Of a stretch of DNA of 64,000 bases, positions 57,047-64,000 are shown piece after piece. A program made the position numbers and the translations under genes. The DNA comes from an uncultured Chloroflexia bacterium. Its GTDB lineage: Bacteria; Chloroflexota; Limnocylindria; Limnocylindrales; CSP1-4. Below the pieces are notes generated by a model that was not told the DNA's origin, ran no database searches, and saw only the letters and a list, made by a program, of their open reading frames with translations. Every line of letters starts with the position of its first letter. Positions within the stretch are counted from its first letter, which is position 1. Location of the stretch: NCBI GenBank assembly GCA_963828165.1, contig CAWHDR010000001.1, forward strand, positions 1,248,001 to 1,312,000. Reading direction: 5' to 3'.

Positions 57047-58041
57047 AGATCGGCATCGACCTCGGCACCGCCAACGTCCTCGTCTACGTCAAGGGCAAGG
57101 GCATCGTGATCACGGAACCGTCCGTCGTGGCGGTATCGGACGACAACCGCATCGTCGCCGTCGGCGAGGAAGCGCGAGCGATGATCGGTCGCACGCCCGG
57201 CAACATCACGGCCATCCGGCCCATGAAGGACGGCGTGATCGCCGATTACGTCATCACCGAGGCGATGCTGCGGTTCTTCATCGCCAAGGCGACGAAGGGC
57301 CGGATCGGTCTGAACCGTCCCGAGGTCATGATCAGCGTGCCGGCCGGCGTCACGTCGGTCGAGAAGCGGGCCGTCCGCGACGCCGCGCTCAAGGCCGGGG
57401 CCAAGGAGGCCTACCTGATCGAGGAGCCGCTGGCGGCCGCCATCGGCGCCAACGTCCCGATCAGCGGCCCGTCGGGGAACATGATCATCGACATCGGCGG
57501 CGGGACGTCCGAGATCGCGGTCATCGCGCTGGGCGGCATCGTCGTCTCGCATTCGCTCCGAGTCGGGGGCAACAAGTTCGATGAGGCGATCGCGACCTAC
57601 ATCCGCAAGAAGTACAACCTCATGATCGGCGAGCGCACCGCCGAAGAGGTCAAGATGCAGATCGGGACCGCGCTCCCGCTCGAGCGCGAGCTCACGATGG
57701 AGGTTCGCGGCCGCGACCTCATCGCCGGGCTGCCGCGGACCATCCCGATCACCTCGTCCGAGGTCATGGAAGCCATCGAGGCGCCGCTTCAGCAGCTGGT
57801 CGCCGCGGTCCGGACCGTACTCGAGCAGACCCCGCCGGAGCTCTCGTCCGACATCATCGACAAGGGCATGGTCATGTCGGGCGGTGGCGCGCTGCTGCGC
57901 AACGTCGACAAGCTGCTCACGCAGGTCACGGGGGTGCCGTGTCACGTCGCCGAGAACTCGCTCGACTGCGTGGCCCTGGGGACGGGGCTGGCTCTCGAGC
58001 ACTTCGATTTCTTCAAGAAGTCCCTCGTCCAGACGATCTGA
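57043..58041 (+). CDS. mreB: Rod shape-determining actin homolog MreB/Mbl
   Basis: [38 protein letters not shown] and GGGALL. Confidence 0.96.
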   Translation: MKIGIDLGTANVLVYVKGKGIVITEPSVVAVSDDNRIVAVGEEARAMIGRTPGNITAIRPMKDGVIADYVITEAMLRFFIAKATKGRIGLNRPEVMISVPAGVTSVEKRAVRDAALKAGAKEAYLIEEPLAAAIGANVPISGPSGNMIIDIGGGTSEIAVIALGGIVVSHSLRVGGNKFDEAIATYIRKKYNLMIGERTAEEVKMQIGTALPLERELTMEVRGRDLIAGLPRTIPITSSEVMEAIEAPLQQLVAAVRTVLEQTPPELSSDIIDKGMVMSGGGALLRNVDKLLTQVTGVPCHVAENSLDCVALGTGLALEHFDFFKKSLVQTI

Positions 58042-58058
58042 TGGTGCGGGCCCTAGAC

Positions 58059-58205
58059 GCGGGTCCTGTCGCCGGGAGGCTCCCGGCCTCCGCTCGCTGC
58101 GGCGCATGCGCCGGCGCTCGCTCCGCCGGAACCCTCCCGGCGCCACCCGCGGGCCTGACCGCCAGTCGCGATCGCTGTGGTCGGCGCTGCCCGGCGACAG
58201 GACCC
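58059..58205. repeat. 92-bp structured intergenic repeat, copy 2, with an extra 16-bp inverted arm
   Basis: 58059..58150 is homologous to 55146..55237. GGGTCCTGTCGCCGGG (58061-58076) is perfectly complementary to CCCGGCGACAGGACCC (58190-58205). Confidence 0.85.
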
Positions 58206-58212
58206 CCGGCGC

Positions 58213-58905
58213 ATGACCAGGGCGTTCATCGACCTGCACTGCCATACGTCGGCTTCCTTCGACAGTCTGGCGCGGCCAGGTGACGTCGTCCGGGCGGCGG
58301 CCGAGCGGGGGCTGACCCATCTCGTCATCACCGACCACGATCGGATCGAGGGAGCGCTCGAGGCGCGTGATCTGGCTCCCTCCGGGCTGACCGTCATCAT
58401 CGGGGAAGAGGTCAGGACTGCGGACGGTGACCTCATCGCGGCGTACCTGGATCAGGTCGTTCAGCCCGGGATGTCGGCGCCCGACACCGTGGCGGCGGTG
58501 CACGAGCAAGGGGGCCTCGTCGGGATCCCGCACCCGTTCGATCGGCTGCGAGGTTCGATGCTCCTGGATCCGGAGATGTCGGCCGTGGTCGAGCTCGTCG
58601 ACTGGATCGAGATCCACAACGCCAGGCTCGTGGGCAGCGGAAACGAGCGCGCGGCCGTCCTGGCGAGAGAGCACGGGCTGGCCGGCGTCGCCGTATCGGA
58701 CGCGCATTCGGTCATGGAGGTCGGGGTCGCGTATACGGCCCTCGATGGCGACCCCTCCACGGCCGCCGGACTGCTCGCGGCGCTCGCCGGTGCAGAGAAC
58801 GTGTCCGGGCGAGCGAGCTACGCGGTCCGCCTGTGGACGCCGATCGCGAAGTCCGTGAATCGCCTTCGCGGCAACCGGCGGATCCAGCCCGGGGCGCGCG
58901 AATGA
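58213..58905 (+). CDS. PHP domain phosphoesterase
   Basis: DLHCHT..S.D, ITDHD, GEE, HPF and SDAH. Confidence 0.92.
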   Translation: MTRAFIDLHCHTSASFDSLARPGDVVRAAAERGLTHLVITDHDRIEGALEARDLAPSGLTVIIGEEVRTADGDLIAAYLDQVVQPGMSAPDTVAAVHEQGGLVGIPHPFDRLRGSMLLDPEMSAVVELVDWIEIHNARLVGSGNERAAVLAREHGLAGVAVSDAHSVMEVGVAYTALDGDPSTAAGLLAALAGAENVSGRASYAVRLWTPIAKSVNRLRGNRRIQPGARE

Positions 58906-60140
58906 CGACCTCCCGCGGCCCGAACGGGGGCGAGCAGGACCATCGACCGATGGAAGCCGGGACCGGCAGCCCCGTACCGTCCGGGGACATGGAGTTGACC
59001 CCGACCCTCGACCCTCGCGCCCCGGTTCCGGGCGCGCCCGCCGCCCACCCGCCCGATCTGCCGCCCTACCCCGCGGTCACGACCGATCTCGAGCGTGAGC
59101 CCGATGCGGAGCAGATGTCGCTCGCGCGGCGCATGCGCCAGCCGCGAACCCTCATCTCGATCGCGGTCCCCGTTGCCGTCATCGCTGTCTTCCTGGCGAT
59201 CAACGGCGATCTGCTCGCCATCGTGCCCGGTCTCGTGCTCGCCGCGGACCCCCTCCTCGTGCTGGTGGCGTTCGCCGTGTTCTACCTTGGCTTCCCCATC
59301 CGCGGCAAGCGCTGGTCGCTCCTGCTGCGTGGCACGGGGATGCGCATCGGAACGAAGGACGCCACGGAGATCATCTTCCTGTCCTGGCTCGTCAATTGCG
59401 TGGTCCCGGCCAAGCTCGGCGACGTCTACCGGGCCTATCTCCTGAAGATCAACAGCACCGCGTCGCTGTCGAGGACCTTCGGGACGGTCTTCATCGAGCG
59501 CGTCCTGGACCTGTTCGCGATCGCGATCATTGGTCTCGCCGCCGGCTACTGGAGCTTCCGCAGCGGGCTGCCGCCCGCCATCCAGGTGGTGTTCGGGATC
59601 GGGGTCGCCGTCGTCGCCGCGCTCGCGGTCGGGCTGTTCACGATGCGGAACTTCGGCCGGCGGATCATCGTGGCCTTGCCGTTGCCGCATCAGTTGCGCG
59701 ACCTGTACGACCGGTTCGAGGAGGGCGTCTTCGGCGCCCTGGTGCCGCGCCAACTGCCCGTGTTGGGCGTGTTGACCGGCCTGATCTGGCTCACCGAGGG
59801 GCTTCGCCTGTTCCTCGTCGTGCAGGCGCTCGGATTCCCCGACGTGTCGCTCGGCCTGTCGGGCGCGATCTTCGTGGCGCTCATCGGCTCGCTGTTGACT
59901 GCCGTGCCCCTCAGCCCCGCGGGTCTTGGCATCGTCGAGGCCGGCGTGGTCGGTGTCCTGACCATCGCGTACGGCGTCCCGCTGCCGGAAGCGACCGCGA
60001 TCGCGCTGCTCGATCGGGTCATCAGCGTGTTCTCGATCATCGTGTTCGGATCGATCGCCTACGCGCTGTCGTCGAAACCGCGCGGGATGGGCCGGATCCC
60101 CGGACCTGCGGACGCCCCGGCACGCACCACGACAGCCTGA
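58902..60140 (+). CDS. Lysylphosphatidylglycerol synthase TM-domain (flippase-like) protein
   Basis: RW..LL, N...PAKLGD..R, TV..ER..D and P.SPAGLG..EA. Confidence 0.9.
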   Translation: MTTSRGPNGGEQDHRPMEAGTGSPVPSGDMELTPTLDPRAPVPGAPAAHPPDLPPYPAVTTDLEREPDAEQMSLARRMRQPRTLISIAVPVAVIAVFLAINGDLLAIVPGLVLAADPLLVLVAFAVFYLGFPIRGKRWSLLLRGTGMRIGTKDATEIIFLSWLVNCVVPAKLGDVYRAYLLKINSTASLSRTFGTVFIERVLDLFAIAIIGLAAGYWSFRSGLPPAIQVVFGIGVAVVAALAVGLFTMRNFGRRIIVALPLPHQLRDLYDRFEEGVFGALVPRQLPVLGVLTGLIWLTEGLRLFLVVQALGFPDVSLGLSGAIFVALIGSLLTAVPLSPAGLGIVEAGVVGVLTIAYGVPLPEATAIALLDRVISVFSIIVFGSIAYALSSKPRGMGRIPGPADAPARTTTA

Positions 60141-60490
60141 GCGCGCTTCAGGACCATGTTCGGGCGTCCCAGACGCGATCGGCAAGCAAGACAGACCGTG
60201 CGTGGCCGTTCCGACCGTCACGCACCCGCAACGCCCCTTGCAACATCTGTTTTGCATCCGTGCGGTTCCAGGGGGCGTACCTTGGTCATGGCGGACCTCG
60301 CCCGGGGCACTGCGACGCACCGTCGTACACCGCACCGGAATCGACCGCTCCGTCCACGTGCGCGCCACGAACGCCCGGTACCAACGGGGGATACAGGCAG
60401 GTACCGGGCAACCGCATCATCGTGGCATCGAGTCACCCATCGATGGGTTCCAGACGCACGCGGACCAGCCGCTAGGAGCGCGCAGGCAAC

Positions 60491-61060
60491 ATGACCAGCC
60501 AGAACGGCCGAGCGTTCAACGAATGGCTTCGAGCCCAGCTCAAGGCCAAGAAGATGTCCCAGCGCCAGCTCGCCCAGCAGTCCGGCGTCGACCACTCGAC
60601 CATCTCCCGGCTGATCCGCGGTGACCGCATGCCGTCCCTTGGGACGGCCACGAAGCTCGCTCGCGGGCTCCGTGAGCTGCGTGACGACGCCGATACCCCC
60701 CAATACCTGGGTCTCGTCGCCTCCGGAGCCGCCAATCCGACCGCTCGCGTCGAGTACGCCTTGCGTGCCGACGAGCTTCTTTCGGAGCCGCAGGTCCGGC
60801 AGATCATGGAGTATTACCTCGCCGTTCGGATGCGACGCTTCGGGCGTGCGTACCCGTCAGGCTCCGGCACCGGCTCGAACGAGCACGGGAACGAACGATC
60901 GATGAGCTCGCCCAACGTCGGCGGCCGACCGATGTCGGCCGGAGGCACCAACGGTGGCCGTACCGGTGGGCCGCTGCCGAGCGTCGGCGGAACGGCCACG
61001 GCAGTCAGTACCGTCCGCACGGTCACCCGTGGCACGGGCCGCGAGTCGGGCCGCTACTAA
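60491..61060 (+). CDS. XRE-family helix-turn-helix transcriptional regulator
   Basis: MSQRQLAQQSGVDHSTISRLIRGDRMPS HTH; SD AGGAG; G/S/T-rich tail. Confidence 0.9.
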   Translation: MTSQNGRAFNEWLRAQLKAKKMSQRQLAQQSGVDHSTISRLIRGDRMPSLGTATKLARGLRELRDDADTPQYLGLVASGAANPTARVEYALRADELLSEPQVRQIMEYYLAVRMRRFGRAYPSGSGTGSNEHGNERSMSSPNVGGRPMSAGGTNGGRTGGPLPSVGGTATAVSTVRTVTRGTGRESGRY

Positions 61061-61149
61061 GCATTTCCAGGGCTCGACCCGGACTGCCCTCCACCGTCCG
61101 GGTCTCGGGGACTGCGAACGCCGGCGTCTGGGGCGCCGGCGTTCGCGAT

Positions 61150-62757
61150 TCACGCGGGATCCAGTGCCGGTCCGTAGACCGAGACGAACCGGTCGGGAGC
61201 GGCCTCGAACCGTTCCAGCAGCGGTCCCCACGTCCCGCCGCCGGCATCCGGCGTCACGGTCGTCTCGGCAGGGCCGCCGCACGGCGCGCCGGTCACCTCC
61301 CGGAACCGGTCGTCGCACAGGAGCACCAGGCCGTCGAACGCCCCGAATGAGGTCACCGCGGCGGGGTCGAGGCTGCCCGGGGCCACGCCCTTCGGCACGT
61401 CACCCAGGTAGAGACGCCCGAGGCGGGCCAGCGGATAGACCATGGCCTCGGTCGACTTGAAGTCGGGTACCGACTGGAGCCGGATCGCATCCGAGCGCTC
61501 CACGCCGGCCGCGGTCAGGACCGCGTCGACGCGCGCGCCGGCCGCCTCCCCCGCCGGAAAGCCGCCGTCGGGATGGATGGCGGGCGGCAGGTGGGCCAGG
61601 TTCCAGCTCAAGAAGGCCACCACGCCGGCACCGGCCAGGATCGGACCGATCGTGCGGGCAGGCGTGTGCCCGCTCCGGGTCGGAACGGCCGCAGTGAGCG
61701 CCGCAGCCCCGAGTCCGACCAGCGTGAAGACCATGGGGTCCGCGAACGCGTGGTAATGATCGTTGGGCAGTCCGGGAACGATCGAGGCCAGGCTCGGTGC
61801 CGTGACCGTGAGAAAGGCCGTCGACCAGAGAAGTCCGAGGCCAAGCCACCGAGCGGCCAGCCGATCCGGGCCATCCACGCGTGATCGCCAGACCGCGATC
61901 GCGATGACGACGGCGCTCGCCACCACGCCGGCAAGGAAGCCGTCCGTGAGGAGTCCGGTCAACGGCCAGCTCAGCAGCCGGAGCCCCACGATCACGAATC
62001 GCACGGGGAGCGCCGTCTCGCTGCCCGCCCGGCCCGCGGCCAGGTACTCGAGCGCCGCTCGCAGCTCCGAGCCACCCGTCGTCAGCTCGCTGACGAGCAA
62101 CGGCACGTAAGCCACGGCGAAGATCACGATGATCCCAACGTGCACTCGCCCGAGAGCGCGGCGTCTCGCATCGAGCACATAGGGCACCGCGACGACCGGC
62201 AGCAGTGCGATGCCAAGGACGTGACATTGCATGGTGATGGCAGTCCCGACAGCTGCCAGCAGCCACCAGCGACGATCGTGCCCGTTCCAGGCCCGCCACG
62301 CACCGGCCAGGGCCAACGCGCTCGACAGCGCGATCAGGTTGGGGTTCCAGATGAACGTCGACTCATCGATCGCCGCGCCGGACATGGCGGCGGCGAGGCC
62401 CGCGACGGCCCCCGCAACTGGCCCGCCGATGTCGCGCGCAAGCCACCACACGACCCCTACCGCGGCGATGCCTGCCAGCGCGATCAGGGCGACCACCGCG
62501 AGCGGCGAGTCACCACCGGTGACGGCGGCGGCCGGGCTCAGGAGGTAGTAGTACCACGCTCCATGGTGCACGTCTCCGATCGACGTCGGCGGCCCGAGCA
62601 GTGGCACGATCCCGTCCTGGACCAGTGCTCGAAGCGTGAGCATGTCGTGGCCCTGGTCCGCTTCCCACGTGCCGCGCGTCGGCAGGTTGACCAGGCGCAT
62701 GGCCGCCGCCACCGCCAGGAGCACGGGGAGGGTGTACCGATCCAGGCGGTCCCTCAC
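61150..62757 (-). CDS. GT-C fold membrane glycosyltransferase (GT39/ArnT-like)
   Basis: R......W..DQG.D, PLLGPPTS....HG..YYY and S...WNPN motifs with many TM segments. GTG 62757 overlaps the nfo stop. Confidence 0.8.
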   Translation of the reverse strand: MRDRLDRYTLPVLLAVAAAMRLVNLPTRGTWEADQGHDMLTLRALVQDGIVPLLGPPTSIGDVHHGAWYYYLLSPAAAVTGGDSPLAVVALIALAGIAAVGVVWWLARDIGGPVAGAVAGLAAAMSGAAIDESTFIWNPNLIALSSALALAGAWRAWNGHDRRWWLLAAVGTAITMQCHVLGIALLPVVAVPYVLDARRRALGRVHVGIIVIFAVAYVPLLVSELTTGGSELRAALEYLAAGRAGSETALPVRFVIVGLRLLSWPLTGLLTDGFLAGVVASAVVIAIAVWRSRVDGPDRLAARWLGLGLLWSTAFLTVTAPSLASIVPGLPNDHYHAFADPMVFTLVGLGAAALTAAVPTRSGHTPARTIGPILAGAGVVAFLSWNLAHLPPAIHPDGGFPAGEAAGARVDAVLTAAGVERSDAIRLQSVPDFKSTEAMVYPLARLGRLYLGDVPKGVAPGSLDPAAVTSFGAFDGLVLLCDDRFREVTGAPCGGPAETTVTPDAGGGTWGPLLERFEAAPDRFVSVYGPALDPA

Positions 62758-63743
62758 GCTGGCGCCGTGCGCGCCTTGGCGCTGCCTCGCAGCTGAAAGG
62801 CCCCATCCGGCAGGGGCTCCAGCGGCCGACCCGCGGCCAGGGCCCGGGCACGCCGCATGTTGATCGCGTCGTAGCCCTCGTCCATGCCCGGCGTCTCCAG
62901 GATGAACGTCGCGTGCGCCAGGCCGGGGTGACACAGGACATGCGAGAGGCCCGCCGGCCCGATCCGTCCCGCGCCCAGGTGCTCGTGCCGGTCCGTGCGG
63001 GAGCCGCGCTCGGATCGCGAGTCGTTGAGGTGGACCATGACCAGACGGCGCAGCCCGATCCGGTGATCGATGTCGACCAACAGGTCGTCGATCGCCGCCG
63101 GCGAGCCCATGTCGATCCCGGCCCCCCAGGCATGTGCGGTATCCAGGCAGAAGCCGACCCGCTCATCCGTGATCCCGAGCGCGGAGACCGCCGCCGCGAT
63201 CCCCGCGAGCTCATCGACGCTCGTGCCCAGGCCGCCGCCGCTGCCGGCCGAGTTCTCGAGCACGAGCATCGTCGGACGGGCTGCCCTTGCATCGCCCGCG
63301 GGCGAGTCTTCGGAAGGTGAGGCCTCGTCGACGGCGCGCAGCGTCCGGTAGATGCCGTCGGCGAGTCGCTGGATGCCGGCCGTGACCCCGAGGCCCAGGT
63401 GGGAGCCGATGTGCACGTTCACGTAGCTGGCCCCGAACGTGGATGCGTGCCGAAGCTCGTGGGCGAGGAGGTCGACCGAGCGTTCGAAGAATTCGGGATG
63501 CGACCCGGCGAGGTTGACCAGGTAGGACGCGTGGATCGACACGGGCCCGATGCGGTGTTCGCGCAACCGCTCCCGGAAGGCGGCCAGCTCTGGTGGGGGT
63601 TCGGCACGTCGTTTCCAGGCCGTCGGGTTGTCGGTGAAGATCTGCAGCGCGTCCGCGCCGATCTCGTGCGCACGGTCGACCGCCTTGACCATGCCGGTCG
63701 CGAGGGGCAGGTGCGCACCGATCCGCCGGCCTTCGGGGAACAT
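62754..63743 (-). CDS. nfo: Endonuclease IV
   Basis: IGAH, QIF..NP..W, HASYLVNL, LEN.AG, CLDTAH, HLNDS, DRHE and ILETP. Confidence 0.96.
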   Translation of the reverse strand: MFPEGRRIGAHLPLATGMVKAVDRAHEIGADALQIFTDNPTAWKRRAEPPPELAAFRERLREHRIGPVSIHASYLVNLAGSHPEFFERSVDLLAHELRHASTFGASYVNVHIGSHLGLGVTAGIQRLADGIYRTLRAVDEASPSEDSPAGDARAARPTMLVLENSAGSGGGLGTSVDELAGIAAAVSALGITDERVGFCLDTAHAWGAGIDMGSPAAIDDLLVDIDHRIGLRRLVMVHLNDSRSERGSRTDRHEHLGAGRIGPAGLSHVLCHPGLAHATFILETPGMDEGYDAINMRRARALAAGRPLEPLPDGAFQLRGSAKARTAPA

Positions 63744-63793
63744 GGGCCGCATCGTACGCTGGAGGGGGCCCTGACCGGGCCTGCGTGAATCGC

Positions 63794-64000
63794 TCAGCGT
63801 CCCTCGCCCGTGCGCCCGTACGAGCGGTCACCCGGCTCGCGGCCGTTCCCGTGCTGGCGCCCGGTCGCGTAGTCGCCGCCGATCACCGGCTCGATCATGC
63901 CCAGATCGCCATCGTCGCGGGCGTACAGGATGGCGATCCGCTCGGTCTCGGCGTTCACGAACACGAAGAAGCGGTGCCCGAGCTCGTCCATCGTCGCGGC
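63794..64000 (-). CDS. hpf: Ribosome hibernation promoting factor (long HPF/RaiA), C-terminal part only
   Basis: MDELGHRFFVFVNAET....LY.R.DG..G.IEP matches the S30AE C-terminal domain. The gene starts beyond the window. Confidence 0.85.
   Translation of the reverse strand, partial: AATMDELGHRFFVFVNAETERIAILYARDDGDLGMIEPVIGGDYATGRQHGNGREPGDRSYGRTGEGR

Overview
A high-GC, gene-dense stretch of core chromosome. Gene order and protein signatures suggest Chloroflexota, possibly Limnocylindria; this is inference, not a database result. The left part (about 7-26 kb, minus strand) runs parA-parB-gyrB-PaaI-AlkD-gyrA-prs-secA-YdcF-[Cys-rich ORF]-prfB (+1 frameshift)-GNAT-ftsE-ftsX-ctpA-smpB. tmRNA lies at 2.6-2.9 kb. 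Between smpB and tmRNA sit a c-di-AMP riboswitch with an MFS transporter and a divergent urease-like gene pair with no accessory genes. A parS site marks the strand switch at 26.4 kb. The right part (mostly plus strand) carries mreD-mrdA-rodA, ion transporters, rplU-rpmA-rpmE, prfA-[glycogen debranching enzyme]-prmC, tsaC, glyA, a complete F-type ATP synthase operon, murA, mreB, an XRE regulator, a GT39-like protein, nfo and the end of hpf. I found no transposase, integrase, prophage or CRISPR array. The most notable signals are: (1) a stand-alone mini transcription unit between ctpA and smpB with a 13-nt perfect complement of the 16S 3' tail and a 16-aa ORF; (2) a urease homolog with intact metal ligands but a remodelled substrate pocket and flap; (3) a c-di-AMP riboswitch that may act as an ON switch on an MFS transporter; (4) a double-CxxxCxxC mini-protein coupled to prfB; (5) structured intergenic repeats with compensatory changes that are spanned by 'bridge' ORFs in the atp operon.
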